Position numbers and translations under genes: made by a program. The notes below the pieces were generated by a model. It had not been told where the DNA came from. It did no database searches and was given only the letters and a program-made list of their open reading frames with translations. 64,000 nucleotides of DNA from Tubiluchus corallicola (Eukaryota; Animalia; Priapulida): assembly GCA_030141605.1 (NCBI GenBank), contig JAQGDQ010000210.1:62001-126000 (forward strand). Reading direction: 5' to 3'. The stretch's first letter is position 1; every line of letters begins with the position of its first letter. Positions 1 through 13,700 of this stretch are shown in pieces.

Positions 1-59
1 GTGTGCATTATTATAGTAGTGAAAATAATTAGATTATTTTACTGAACTGATTAGCCTTT

Positions 60-700
60 GCAACAGTTTTCCTAGGTTTACCAAGAGTAAATAAATATTT
101 TCGATAATCACTGGTTTACAGCATGTCAGAGAACAATCTTTCTTCCAAATAATTTTCAGTTAGGCAGTTCATGCAGTCATCAAGTTGTGTTGTGCTCATA
201 AGCGAGAGCGGCACATAAGCAAGGGCCATAAGTCCATGGACGCAAAAGGGATGACCATATAGGCGAATCCCTCGGTTATAACTGAACATAGGCGCCAGTA
301 GTGACACGATTGTTATAGAAACTTGCATTTTTAATGCTGACTCGTACATGTGCCATGATTATGTGTAATCTTGATTTGTATCTACCTTACTTTGCTCATG
401 CTTCCTTTGAATTGTATGAAATGCCAAAAATATTTACCGCAAACAATATGACAGTTGTAAAATGCATTTCAAATTCAAGATTCAATCACATCTCTGTATA
501 GTGGTGATTGGCAGGTTAGTCCATCGGTCATGTGCCAATAATTTTCACTTTCCGTCCACATGAGTAGGTCTAACTCGGAATGTAAAATCAGTTTTAATTT
601 CTGTCTCGTATAGTAGTTCATTTTAACAATTCAGCAACAATATTTTGCTCTGGATGTGCTCCGCACTAATGCACGTGGATTATGTTAAAGGTGCCATTTT
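60..700 (-). pseudogene. decayed Mutator/MULE-like transposase fragment
   Basis: Minus-strand HVDGK*K (near 560, resembles DGTFK) and GIRLY...VHGLMALAYVP resemble MULE DDE motifs. Stops and frameshifts present; boundaries approximate. Confidence 0.45.
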
Positions 701-1421
701 TAGCAAACATAACTTGTTACATTCTAACATTTTGTAAATTCTGTACAATAATTAAAATCGTTGTTATTTTGTACAATATGTAAATTACTGTATAAAGCGT
801 TATTATGGCATGTATAATTTTTTTCTAAAGAAAGTTTTCGCGCGCTTGAAATGGTGCCCCAGCAAGGCGTCTACAGGACAGAACAGCCGTCAATAAATCT
901 TTGTGATAGATAGACTTATAATAAAAACTACTAGTTATGATTACATTCAGTATTTTGAATTATTGTTTGTTTTCACATTTATTTTAAATGTGTGACATCG
1001 TCACTGCTATAAATGTTGTCTTAGTTGGTACACTACACAAATCAAAGACCTTTTTCGGATTAAAAGACCATCTGGTACGTAAGTTCAACGCCATTAGAAT
1101 TGTGTCAACCAGCAACTTCTAATACATGCAATGCAATTAGCCTTTTGGTTTCTACAACAATGCTGTAATTGATTAATTAACCTGTGTGAATTGTAAAAGG
1201 ACTTGATATTGATCTTTTGCCAAATATTTCAGCTTACACAGCCTGGTTTATTGAGCATTTTCTCTAACCATTTGTCTCTTTGGAATAAAACGAAAATTAA
1301 TTGAAAACAGCATACGGAATCATGGTGTTTATTCATTAAAATTCAAAATTGTTCTTTCAACAGCCTACAGCCTTTGTTTGAAGTAAAACCGAAGAAAATC
1401 CACTGTAATATAGGGCTATAG

Positions 1422-1921
1422 CAGGGGTGTGCAAATTGTCAGACTAGCCGGGCCACATTAAACTTTCCCGCAATTCCTGCGGGCCACAGGCAGTTTGATC
1501 AAGGAGCCAAGTACAGAAAGGCCTAATAACGATTTTTTTGCATCCGACCTGCGTACATCATTACTACTGCACTCATGAAACTATTTTAGAAGTTATTAAA
1601 ATTTATATTACAAACCATATATTTCTACTTTCAGGACAGCTAGTGGTGATTTCATTACAATGGATATTAGTAATGTGTATCATACAGTCTGTATAGTACA
1701 GTGACATTAAGCTACAACCGTCTTGTAAGGGTTAATGGCATCCGATCTAGTAGAAAAAACTACCCGCAATATCTTTGGGATTGTGGCATGGACTTCAGCT
1801 GGATACACTCACTTAATCGCCCGGGCCGCACTTTCATTAGGTTGACAAATCTCTTCGCGGGCCGCACAAATTCTCTCGGCGGGCCGCAAGTGGCCCGCGG
1901 GCCGCAATTTGCACACCCCTG
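1422..1921. mobile_element. hAT (Charlie-like) MITE, 500 bp
   Basis: Perfect TIR CAGGGGTGTGCAAATTG, perfect 8-bp TSD GGCTATAG (1414-1421 and 1922-1929), subterminal GGGCCGC repeats. Confidence 0.92.
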
Positions 1922-1947
1922 GGCTATAGGAAAGCCACTAAAAGTGG

Positions 1948-2571
1948 TTAAAGCAAAGGAAATCCCTCCACTGACATAAAGCTTAAAAAATTCGTTTTGA
2001 CATTCTATACCACTTACATACTGCCTTTTTGCACGCAGGACTTCAATCGGCAGTCACGCTGTATAAAACATGTAAATTCAAACTCCCGCAATGACCGTTA
2101 GACGCAGCCATTTTGATGACACGTCATTTGAAACAAGTTTAGACAACATTGTGTAAACTTTGAAAAAATAATCTGAGCATTCATAGCGCACACGTCACTA
2201 ACTAAGTAAAATTTTAATTCACTCTATTTGTCAATAAGATTAAAAATACGGTTTTAGGTTAATGAGTGGCGCACCCTGCAGGGTAAGCCAGCGACATTTT
2301 ACCAATTGGCACGAACATATTAGATTATTATTTCTAGTTACATAAGTCTTTCCAGCAGGTGAACGAAATGCTAAGTAATATAAATTTACATAGAAAGTTT
2401 TTTGGGACATAATTTAGCATTGCCCTTTCTTCCCCTGATTTAAAATAAAAACAAACAAAAATTCCCTTAAAGGCGAGTACGATATCTGCATAAAATTGCT
2501 GTAAAGTACTACAATTTTTTAAGGCGATTTTTCTGAAACCTACGCCAGGTACCCCTTTTCTTGTCCTTTAA
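1948..2571 (+). mobile_element. TTAA-flanked Kolobok-like MITE family A, copy 1
   Basis: TTAA|AG...CT|TTAA ends with imperfect TIRs. Collinear with the copies at 4116 and 27191. Confidence 0.85.
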
Positions 2572-3119
2572 AGCAGTTATACTGCAACGTAGTTGTAAGG
2601 AAATAGTTTAGGAAATAATACTCTTTTATATCGGCAAGAAAATGTTCCACAGTGACAAATAAAGTAATTAAATTACAATAAGAAGTAACTACTGTGAATA
2701 CAAGAACTACTATAAGAAGCATTAGGACTAAGAACAATAATAAGCAAGCGATATCCCTCTGACATTTATCATAATTTACTAAAACTTTGCAGTAAGCAGC
2801 CTATACATAATGGCTGTTTTCCATTGCGTTGATTAGTCCTTAGCCTATATAGCTGCGGCGCTAAAGTTCCGAAGGCTTCCTTCATTATTGACAAATCTTT
2901 TGCAATGAAATCAGTTGTTATATCCTGTGCGTTAATGAGGTAATGGGTGTGTCGGCTTACTAATGACCACTGGCTATCATATACAGGATGTACAAGCATT
3001 TGACCACGTACTCCCAACGGATATGTAGGACATTAAGTTCATCAAGTTTTGTCACCAAGGAGCACGTAGTTCCTTCTTATGAATACAATCATCTAGACAT
3101 GATGTATGGTTTAGGTTCA

Positions 3120-3270
3120 TTTCCCAGAAAAAGTAACTTAACAGAAAAAAGGCTGTCAGAAAATGTTTAACCAGAAAAATTTCGCCAGAAATTTTTTTCC
3201 CCAGAAAATATTGTCCTAGAAAACTATTTTCACAGAAAAAACACATCTCAGAAATTTTTTTAACAGAAAG
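3120..3270. repeat. degenerate array of CAGAAAA with about 15-bp period
   Basis: About ten CAGAAA(A)/TAGAAAA motifs regularly spaced with variable linkers. Confidence 0.7.
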
Positions 3271-3329
3271 ATCGCGGTTACTTGTTTAATTGCTAAAGCT
3301 GGTATTTTTGTATGACAAAACATTCGATT

Positions 3330-3446
3330 TCCCTTTCGCTGTTTACTTCTCCGTTCTACCTCTTTACCTCCCTCCCTTCCTAGCCCCTCTGTATCCCTCT
3401 TTTTCGTCTGTTTCTCCCCCTTCTCTCTCTTTCTCTTCTTCTCACA

Positions 3447-3498
<52 letters not shown>

Positions 3499-3610
3499 CC
3501 TCTCACTTTCCCTCAGTCCCTCTCTCGCATCCCTCTTGTTCTCTTTCTCCCCTCTCTCCCTCCCTTTCCATCTCTCTACCTCTCTCTTTTTCTCTTCCTC
3601 TCTCTCTCTT
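3330..3610. repeat. (CT)n microsatellite and polypyrimidine tract
   Basis: Directly visible; pure (CT)n at about 3449-3487. Confidence 0.95.
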
Positions 3611-4115
3611 TGATTATCTTTCAAATTATGAAATTATCTTTCAACAAACACGCTAGTAATGTGAGGAAAGAGGCACGGGTTGGTTCAATATAAAAAGAGG
3701 CTGCAATAAATACTGGGGTTCTTCGCCTACCTAGGTGAATAATTTACTTATTCAATGCAACTGTTCTTCCTGTAATATTGCTATAAACTTCCTATACGAC
3801 TCGACAGCATGGCTATTTAAAAAACACGGTTATTTTGATGACATAATGTACGTCGCAAACGAATAAAAATTTAAGCCTGCAACAAATAAATTGGAAAAAA
3901 TTTGCGGACTGCCATCCTTACATATGATTGCAGAATGTATTGCTATAAAATTCCTCGTGAAAATTCCTCATTGCAATAGTGATTTAATAAGAGCGAATGT
4001 CTTATGAGTAGTTGGTGGTGGTCTAGGCGAGGACGCAGACATTTCCTGAGGTGTCATATAACCCAAATGAAGTATTATCAAAAATCAGTTGGACAGTAAA
4101 TACGAGAATAATGGT

Positions 4116-4771
4116 TTAAAGCACAAGAAAACTTTTCATAAACATAAAGCTTGAAAAATTCGTTTTAAAATTTTATATCACTTACATACTGCCTTTTTGC
4201 GTGCAGGACTTCAATCGGCAGTCACACTGTATAAAACATGTAAATTTAAACTCCCGCGATGACCGTTAGACGCAGCCATTTTCACGACAGGTCATTTGAA
4301 ACAAGTTTAGATAACATTTTGTAAAGTTTGAAAAAATAATCAGAGCATTCGTAGCGCACAAGTCACTAAGTAAATAAAATTTAAAATTAGTGTATCGTGT
4401 CAATAAGATTAAAAATACGTTTTTTGGTTAGTGAGTGGTGCACCCTGTAGGTGAGTCAGCGACATTTTACCAATTGGTGAAAACATTTTAAATAATTAGT
4501 AATTTTCTTTTCTAGTTACATAAGTCTTTCAATTCTTTATAGATTTGCACGAAAGTCTTTTGAGATATAATTTAACATTGCCTTTTCTTCCCTTGATTTA
4601 CGTTTGGTACATGACGTCATGTAATCGCGACTTCGAAACAGTATTGCGGGACATTTAAAATGAAAACAAACTAAAATTCCTTTCAGTGCGAGTACGATAT
4701 ACGCGTAAAATTGCTATAAAGTAGTATAATTTTTAAGGCGATTTTTCTGAAACCCTTTTCTTGTCCTTTAA
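4116..4771 (+). mobile_element. Kolobok-like MITE family A, copy 2
   Basis: TTAA AGCACAAGAAAA ... TTTTCTTGTCCT TTAA. Confidence 0.88.
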
Positions 4772-5013
4772 GCGCTGCTTTACACAGAATTCACACAAAA
4801 AACATGTAAGTTTAAACCTGTCATCAAGGAGCATCGACCTCGCGCGCAAATAGAAGGAAATGTTTTAGGCCTCGAAAAAGTCAATATCGAACCTCTTAAT
4901 TTGCCACTGGACAAAACAGAACGGAGGATCGAATATATCGTTTGGGACTAACGCATAATAGCACATGTGAATGCGGCACTGAAATTCAAACATCTGAACA
5001 CCTAATATACAGA

Positions 5014-5085
5014 CAGGGCCTATTTCAGCCTAGGCGAGGCCCCGGGGAAGTATCCCCACTCCCCCCCCCCTTGAAATAGGCGCTG
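5014..5085. mobile_element. 72-bp minimal hAT-type MITE
   Basis: TIRs CAGGGCCTATTTCA and TGAAATAGGCGCTG, perfect 8-bp TSD TATACAGA. Confidence 0.85.
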
Positions 5086-5221
5086 TATACAGATGCAATA
5101 AAAGTAGACTCTAACTGAAGAAACACCTTTTAGAAACCCTGCAGGTGGAAAACATAATCAGTGTCTTTTTTAAAAAAAGAAGAAACATTAAATAAAGCTC
5201 TAGTTAATTTTATGAGAGACG

Positions 5222-5572
5222 GTTTTTTCTTATCAGTTTGTAAAGGGATGTAAAAAGGTTAAATGCATAATACAATATAAATTTATATACATATATGTAT
5301 AACTCAGGAAAGTTACCTACTTTCCTAATAGTGTAACCAAAACTTATCCTAGTGAATGAATTCAGCTATCATGGACCTTAATTATTATAGATAATTGCTA
5401 AAATGTTTTATAAGCAAGTTTCTGGAACATGTATTAAGGACGTAATTATAATTGACCGTGTTGTACATATACTGTTATATCATGGTACTGTGCAGAATTA
5501 TCGGCCTGCAAATAGAAGCCTTCCATGTATACACATGTATATATTCTGCAAATAAAGATTTATCATCATCAT
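5222..5572 (+). mobile_element. interspersed repeat resembling a non-LTR retrotransposon 3' end, copy 1
   Basis: Inverted homolog at about 21637-22100. Ends AATAAAGATTT followed by an (ATC)n tail. Confidence 0.65.
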
Positions 5573-5707
5573 CTTTGCCTCCTTTCTCCCCTCTCTTCCT
5601 CTCTTCTCCCCTTTTCCCCTCCCTCCCCATCTCACCTTCCCTTCTCGCTTTCGACTCTCCCTCGCCGTTCTCTCTCTCATTCATTCTTTCTCTTTCTGCT
5701 CTCCTTT
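5573..5707. repeat. CT-rich low-complexity tract
   Basis: Directly visible. Confidence 0.85.
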
Positions 5708-5999
5708 AGTTATCTACAATGCTTTCACCAATGACCATAAAAAATCAGAATCGCCTAAAATGCGCAATGTTTAAGGGATCAACTCTGTTTTTTAATTTTG
5801 TTTTGGAAAAATAATTTGTTTGAAGCTTCGTTGCTACAATTTCAAGTTTTTATGACGAAATTATTTTCTTATAGTAATTTAAATTGCAAGAAAACGTTAT
5901 TCACAAATTAAGCTAAAATTCGTCTTGAAGATCTAATATAACTTAGAAGCTGTCTTATTGCATATGAGGCTTAACTGCGTTGCCAATAAGATTATATGA

Positions 6000-6878
6000 A
6001 GCTTGTAAAATGAAACGCCCGCGATGACCGTTAGCTGAAACCATTTTAATGCCGCTTGAAACAAGTTTCGACAACATTGCGCAAAGTTTGAAAAAAATTA
6101 TCAGAGTATTTGTAGCGCACACTTCGCTGACTAAAAAAAGTTAAATTACTTTATGTTGTCCATAAGATTAATAATGTAATTTTTGGTGAATCAGTGATAC
6201 AGACTGAGATGACGATGCCCTGCCGTTATTATCCTGCCTTTAATTATTATTAATTAAAGAATTATCACCACACAAACAAAATTTCGCGTTCACGCCACTA
6301 GTTGTTACATGCATTTCGCCATTCGTTAGTTAGACGAGCACTAGCGCCTGCTTTTCGGAAATGCGTTGCACAAAAAAAACAGGTGCTGTACCTCTCAGTT
6401 CGGATATGTTAGTTTGTGATGAACTACATACGTTCGATAGCTCATGTGTGAGCACAGCGGTAAATTTAAAATTTGAATTTTAACTTAAAACTTGCCTAGT
6501 TTTAATACAACACACTCAATATGTTACAGTAGCACTGTACTTCAATTTTCACAAACACGTGCAACACAGTCATGGAATATTTTTGCTGTTGAAAATTTTG
6601 TTAGTTTGTGATGTCGACAATAGTTGGGCTCGCCCGCCGTTAATTAAGTTTTTAATCTGTTATTTAATTATCCGAAACGCTTTTGCAGTATTAATTGTCT
6701 TAAAATGTATACTTTTCATCGGACTTGAAAATGGGGTAGTTTTCGGGAAAATCATCCTGTCTTCCTTTAAGAATTTTCTTTACGAATTACTAAGTCTTTC
6801 AAACAGGTAAGAAGTAAGGTAACGTTACATGAAAACTTCTTTGGCATATATTTTGGAATTCCTTCTTCTTCCCCTTAA
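6000..6878 (+). mobile_element. family A variant fragment interrupted by a family B copy
   Basis: 6010-6215 and 6771-6878 match the reverse complement of 17974-18340. Family B sequence lies between them. Confidence 0.7.
6254..6770 (+). mobile_element. Kolobok-like MITE family B, 5'-truncated nested copy
   Basis: Matches 25420-25912 and ends ATCCTGTCTTCCT TTAA. Confidence 0.8.
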
Positions 6879-7540
6879 ACTCGCAGCTTTTTCGCAATTT
6901 CGGATGGAAAAACCCAATTTTTATCCAATTTCTGGCAGGCGGTCTCTATATAAGCCGCTGTAATGCCAGGTCTGCAACTAGTGTAATCCTTTAGCATGTA
7001 CATTAGTTACAATTAGACCTAAGTTTTTATTCGTAGAAAGTATGTAATCGACTTGTGTGGCCATATAGAGACCTATAATTTGTCTTTGATGTCAGTACTT
7101 GTAATACGTTAATAACTTATTGCATTAGTTAATCATAAAAGCCGCAGAGTGTGCTAATTAGGCAAAGGTATTGACGTTTTATGAGCCAGAGGGATTTATT
7201 AGTAAACAACCAGAACCTGTACTTCCCGCTACACATTCACCTGTGTAAGCATCTAATGAGAGTTAATGAAAGCAATGAGAGCACATGTCAGAATTCACAG
7301 AAACTAGAAAAATCACGTAGCATCTGCATTTTCTGCGGAAAAAGGGGTTTTACTTTACCAATTACAGAGCGTAACAACTGCCGAAGGGTTCAAAATCTGC
7401 ACCAATGTGAAATATCAGCTTAATTGTGTGGAAGTAGAATTCAGTCATATGGGCCTGTAATTGCATTCTCATTAAATATTTGAAAATTGGTGATTGTCTT
7501 CTAAAAAACTTTTCGACTATTGCTCAAAATTATGTGCTTG

Positions 7541-8167
7541 TCAAAGAAAACCGGAGCCCATTTTAAACTATGGCTCCAACATGCTCAAAACAGCTACTCT
7601 ATAAAATATTGAAAGGGAAAATACTATTTTTTCAAGATAGACTCTCGTGAAAGAATTACTACCTCAAAATGGTAATTTGCGGTCGCACGGCTAATTCTTC
7701 ACTATTGCACAGTTACATGCATTTCGCCATTTGCTTGTTAGACGGGTACTAGCGTCTTCAACCTGGGAAGTGAGCTGCACAATAAGCAGCTTTCAGTTCA
7801 AAGGTGTTCAGTTGTGACGTAGTGCACACATTTAATAGTTCATGCGTAAGCACTGCAATAAACTAGAAACTGTGAATTTTGAATTTAATGAATTGTGTGT
7901 ATCATCTAAATGTTGTACAGTAGCACTGTACTTCAATTTTCGCTTTCACAAACACGTGCAACACGCTCATGGATTGTTTGTGCTGTCGAATATTTTGTTT
8001 AATTATGATGTCATCGCTAGTAGGGCTCGCCTGCCGTTAATTAACTTTTCAACCTATTATTTAATTATCAGAACCGCGTTTGCAGTATTAATTGTGTTAA
8101 AATGTTATCTATTTATCAGACTTGAAAAAGTGGTAGTATAATGAAAAATAATCCTGTCTTCCTTTAA
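7541..8167 (+). mobile_element. Kolobok-like MITE family B copy
   Basis: AGAAAACCGGA ... TCCTGTCTTCCT TTAA, similar to 25315-25912. Confidence 0.8.
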
Positions 8168-8294
8168 ATAAATAAGTTATTGAGATGTGAAAATGTAACA
8201 AATCGTACTAGCGAGTGATAAAAACTTCTAAAATAAATTTATTTGCATCAGCCTAGACAGAGCAGAAGTTACTATAAGAAAATTAGTGATCCTG

Positions 8295-8485
8295 TATTGT
8301 TTGTGGTGTCGAATATTTTGTTTAATTATGACGTCATCGCTAGTAGAGCTCGCCTGCCGTTAAGTTTTCAACCTATAATTTAATTAGTAGAAATGGTCTG
8401 ACATCAATATTTGTGTTAAAATGTATACCTTTACCGCATTTGTAATGGGGGTAGTTAGGTAATTAGGTATCCTGTTTTCCTTTAA
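8295..8485 (+). mobile_element. family B 3'-end fragment
   Basis: Repeats about 7975-8167 and ends TCCTGTTTTCCT TTAA. Confidence 0.7.
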
Positions 8486-10732
8486 GACTGATAACGACAG
8501 GTCTAATGACACCAAGGCTTCATGATATTCATTAGTCTCAAATGTACCATGATCTTATTATTCCTTTAGTAAAAATAGCCAGGGAATACTAGCTGGGAAT
8601 GCATTTATTCTTTGAAAACCAGAAGAAACCCTTCAAAAAGTACGATCTCACGTTATACGAGTAAAACGAAGTTAGGACTTTCCCGTGAATGTTTGTTGAT
8701 GGGACAAATTAGATTTGTTATAGTGATACTGACAGCAACGTGCAAAAAAACAATACATTGAGAAAATTCTAGGTGTAAACAATACGTGCGTTGTTGATTA
8801 TCAACGGATGGATCGTGGATTGCGTTTGTGGTGGGTTGCTCCATCACGCTTGACTAGCACGATTGCGAACGTCAGACTGATGAATTAAAAATTGTTGACA
8901 ACGTCAGTTGTGACGTCTGAGATAAGATATTTTGGCTTTAATCCTTTGTGTTAAAAATGTTCCATCGACTTTGGCTGTAGTTGGACATCTTCCAGAATTA
9001 GCTGAAATATCTAAATATTAACATTCTAAAATCATCTGTATTTATTATTATTATTTTTTATTATGATTCATTATTATTTTTCAAAATGAGGCGCTGAGTC
9101 ACTCACCCATTTACTGACCAGAGTCAGTACTGCGGGTATATAACGCGAGACTGGCCAAAGAGAAGTCTCTCTAATATTAACGTACAAAGGCGTTCAAACT
9201 GTAATTAATCGATGTTATCTAAACAGTATTATTTCTGCACTTTCTTTTATTTAATTTGTAATTCCATCTAGCACGTTTTCTGTGATTACAAAACACAGTG
9301 ACTTGATCAAATAGTGAAGCGACAGATTTAATGGCAAGGATTTAATGACAGATATGTGCAAGGTTCTGGCCATTCAATTCGTTGTTAAAGCAAAAAATAT
9401 CAGGTACCGCCATCTAGTGCCAGTGGGGCATATTTATGAAGAACGACTAGAGTAACCTTAACATTAGATATAATCAGAAAACTACAAATTTGTGTACTAT
9501 TCTCAACTGCATCTTGTTTTGTATCTCTGAGAAAATTTTTCACGATGTTTATAATTTATAAATACTTACCTGTTAAGTAAATATATCCTAAACTAAATAG
9601 GAATAATGTAACATAGGCACGTGCGTTTCCAATATAAACCTATTATCTGCTAAAAAGTACAATGTTATTATCATGTACGATAAGTGACAACGTGCCAAAC
9701 TGCTCACAAGTTTAACAGTCTATCTAATAGTCTAGTTTAAAATTTCCATACCCAAAGATTTTCACACATTCTGATTTGTCAGCTTTGTTTACCCACAATT
9801 ATGAACGATGTGCCAGTCTAGAAGCCCAGTACTGGCTGAGTGCTATAGGTTCCAGGTTAACTTTTGGCTGGTCCAGGTCTGCTTCTAGTTCATCAAAATC
9901 TTCATGGACCCAACGTGATTCTGGGTAATACAATGTGGGAACTTGGTGTAGCTTCGTGTTAACAATTTATTCTCCAATTAGGTTGCTATGGAGTATATAG
10001 ATAGAAACTAGCGTTTACTTGCATGTGAAGCCTATTTTCCGTTTAGGCCAATTTTTATTAGTTTTCTTTTACGCTCTTAAAATCGCCCCAGTTCAATTTA
10101 GGCTGTAAACTGTAGGTTAGACTAGATTAGGGCTTTAAAATGGTTTTGTTCTTCTCTGTTAATTACATGACGTAATTTTACTGTTAAATCTTGATTAAAA
10201 TTTAAAACACTATAAATTACGAGGCGTTTACTGGGTGTCTGCGAATACCGGCGTGAACCGTCCTAGGCTGCCAGGTTACTTTAATAATTTACTAAAAACT
10301 AAATTTGACATTCTAAAGTGTGGTTTAAATCATAATTAACGCTTGTAATGCCCATTTACTTTACATAAAGTATGCATGTATGTTAAAAGCGATGACAACA
10401 CAATTGACAATAGTTTTTTGCATACTGTAATTAGTGTATAAGGTTTATTAGTGTATAATGCAGTTTATTAGTGTATAAGGCCAGCTACTCAATGGGACAC
10501 TTTCTTTAACCACGCTGTCGCTTAACCGTCATTGCACCTTAGTTAGCAGTTTATTGGTGTATAAAGCAGTACGTAAATTCCCTAAGCCGAGCAACTGATA
10601 AATTTTACTAGTAAGTAAATGATGCCTATCTAATAATGAAACGGTAGAATGTTTTTCTCTTTTACCTTATCAAAATCTAAATACTATTGTTTTGTACATA
10701 GCTAATGTAACAGATCGTAAAAGTAGACAATT

Positions 10733-10738
10733 TTTATT
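10733..10738 (-). terminator. candidate distal poly(A) signal AATAAA
   Basis: UGUA elements upstream and U/GU-rich sequence downstream. Lies at the end of the U-rich block. Confidence 0.45.
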
Positions 10739-13700
10739 ATAATCGATGCAAATATATATTATATGTTGCAAAAGATGTCGTAACAGATGTATACATAACA
10801 TATATTTTTTGTAAAATCATCGGAAATTTGCTATAATAGATTAATATCATATAATCATTTATACAAACTCCATTATATATTAGAAACGGAGGATGAAACC
10901 TTTCACAGATCTTATATACAATTTACCGTTGAGAATTACTTGATGTTAATTACAATATTAAAACTACATTCATTAAAAACTTAGATGCCACGGACATGTG
11001 GAAGTTTCAACAGTTCCTGTTAAGGTGGAAAGCCCCTGACTAGAGTAGAATAAGTGACTAGATTAAATACTGAACTCATTAAATGAAAAAAAGTATTACA
11101 ATAGAAAACATCGCAGTGAGAAGAGAAAAGCTTGCAACATTTCTTTAAAAAACTTTAAAACCAAAAAAAAAATATTTCATTTTACTACACCAAACGAAGA
11201 GATTTTTCTACCTGAAATAAATCACACTTGTGAAAGGAAAAAGGAACATTTAAAAAGAACTAAACAAAATTGCACCTGTGTATGGAATGAAATTTAAAAC
11301 GACTTGCACGGAAGCTCTACTACTTTAATAACTTTAATATTATCGAAAGTGAGTTTTATGGAACTGAAAGTTAAAATTCGAATATGGTTTGTGCAGTATT
11401 GTGTATGGTCATAGGAAAAGTACGTGTCAGTCCCTTTGTTTTTTCTCTGTGTTATAGAGGCTGCTACAACTCAATAAATGTGTAACTTATGTTAGCATCA
11501 ATGTCGTGCAACATTGCCAATTAAGTCCAAGAAATAAATTCAGTGCTATTTTCTATCATTTTAAGGCATTGTTAGCACTTGCGTGTATGCATGTAATATG
11601 CAGCTGGAAGCTCTTGAAATGCTGTTATCATCACAAGATGCCTTTTACTTAACCTAGACATTTGAGCAGTTGACTATAACAGTTTTCCAGTTATACAGCA
11701 TCGAGTAATTTAGCGGCAGATATCACAGGTAGTGATAAGATTTCTTCCAAATCTCTACATAGTCCACAATTATGTTACCAGGTATCTAATGAATAAATAG
11801 TATATTTTATACGTAACTACAAAGGATAATAGGCTTAGTATACATAATGGGCATTGCAAACTAATGGAAAAAGCTATGAAATTATCTCACCTGATGTATC
11901 AAAGATAAATATGTTGCAATCTAGTTATCGCCAAACTATAATAAACATTTAACAGAAAAAACTAGCTTCTTGGCTAAGATTATAGCTTAGCTATATGAAA
12001 AACAATTAACAGTAAATGAGCTAGCTAAACTAAATGTCGGTGAAGACATTGCTGCTGTAAGGGAATTCTGTCATACATGATGAGTACGCCTACTGTTGTG
12101 CTACTTGATCCATTACAAATACAAGAGAAAGGGTCTGGCAAAATGATAAAAATCATAGAAAACGTGCAGCTGCTCAAATGTCTAGTAAACGTTCTGCTAG
12201 CATGGTATGTCGTTATGAAGAGTGAAAAAATAATAGCTAATATTAAACAAAAACTGACACAACAACTATTGCGATAGCAGCAACCATGCCCACAACATGA
12301 TAGCTCAACCTCGATGCTATAGACACGTTTGCTGCCCATCAAAACCTGTAACTAAGGTACGTGCTTCAAATAATCCTGGTCACATTGATTAATCAAGTGT
12401 TAGTAAAAATGTGTTGAAAATAAAGACAAATGGCAACAAAATCTAAAACGCAAAACAAATTTTCAGTGAACCGAAATAATTTTAATGACACTAAAGCAAC
12501 ACCAGAGCAAGAAAAAGTGTGAGTTATTAATGAATAAATATAGCAAGACTAATAAAGATTTTAAAATGACAACAATAAATAAAGGGAAGGGGGCAATCTG
12601 TCAAACAGCCAGTTTTGTGAACAAGCGAATGCGGCCAAAAGTGAAGATTTGCCATATTGCTCGGCTATTCAATTTCAAAACTACAGCCAAGAGAATTACC
12701 ACCAAACGGTACTATGGGTACACGGTTCAAGCAAACAAAAGTGGTGAAGGCATATTGGCATAGTATATGCAGGAGAAGAAATGTGTAAAATAAATAAGAT
12801 GTGGTCCCGGAGTTTTCAAGGAATGAAATGGAAGATGAATTTCACAACGAAATCTTCCAAGATTGTGGGGCACCACTGCAGCTGTGTCAGATTCCCCCGT
12901 TCCACCACATTCAACAAACATACAATAAATCTCAACCAAACTTGGCAAAACAACATTCAAGAATATTTATAAGTAATGAATTAAAAATCAATAATAGCTA
13001 CGCCATCCTTCACTGTTGTACATTCCACAGACATGGTTTCCCGAAAAGTCTTTCTGTTACCCTACTGTGTCAACACCATTGCCTGCTATGCCCCACCAGA
13101 AAAACTGGATTCTTGGTAAAAAAAGCATTGCAGTCAAAAAGCTAGACCCCATCAACATTAGCAGGCAACATTAAAACAGCAACTCTGTTATGTTCCAGCA
13201 GGGGGCATTCCATATGCATGCTTGGGTGACCGCTGTCATTTCACTGCCACAAACTTACAACGTACACTAGTCACTCTGCTACTAAATTAACGTCTAAAAT
13301 AATTGGTTAAAAGGACGAACTAACCATTAATAATAAACCTACACACTACTGAGAATAAGTAAGGAGGCAATGAACTCCAACGATGCAATTCAAACTAAGA
13401 CAAATTACATGATGATAGCGTACACTCATGACGTGACGAATAAATAAATATAGTCTACTAATTTACCACAACATATTAACTGGTTGTAATAATAATAATA
13501 ATTGTTTAGCAATGTTAACATATCATATCAGATCTGTTTGGGAACAATTTTTGTGGGCACAGAAAACTGTACAGATAAACATCTCAAGGTTGTAAACATG
13601 AGGATAAAACAAGGCTTACAAGTTTTAACATTACCACTATGCTTAGAATTTTGCTTCTAATCAACTTACAACTTGCAGTGTAAAATTCAAATTTTAGTGT

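Noticed and set aside
3216-3624. ORFs rich in ER/RE or SL/LS
   Set aside because: Translations of the (CT)n microsatellite.
5452-5734. Four overlapping short ORFs
   Set aside because: They come from a CT-rich tract and a LINE-like tail.
6559-8141. Similar ORFs at 6559, 7842 and 25617 suggesting a small gene family
   Set aside because: The similarity comes from MITE family B copies, and starts and stops differ between copies.
9563-9580. Perfect CAG|GTAAGT ratchet-like motif on the minus strand
   Set aside because: Lies downstream of the inferred elav 3' end, with no intron context to explain it.
12485-13145. Overlapping + strand ORFs in the putative 3'UTR
   Set aside because: No recognisable domain or splice structure. 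Possibly an old TE remnant, but it cannot be assigned.
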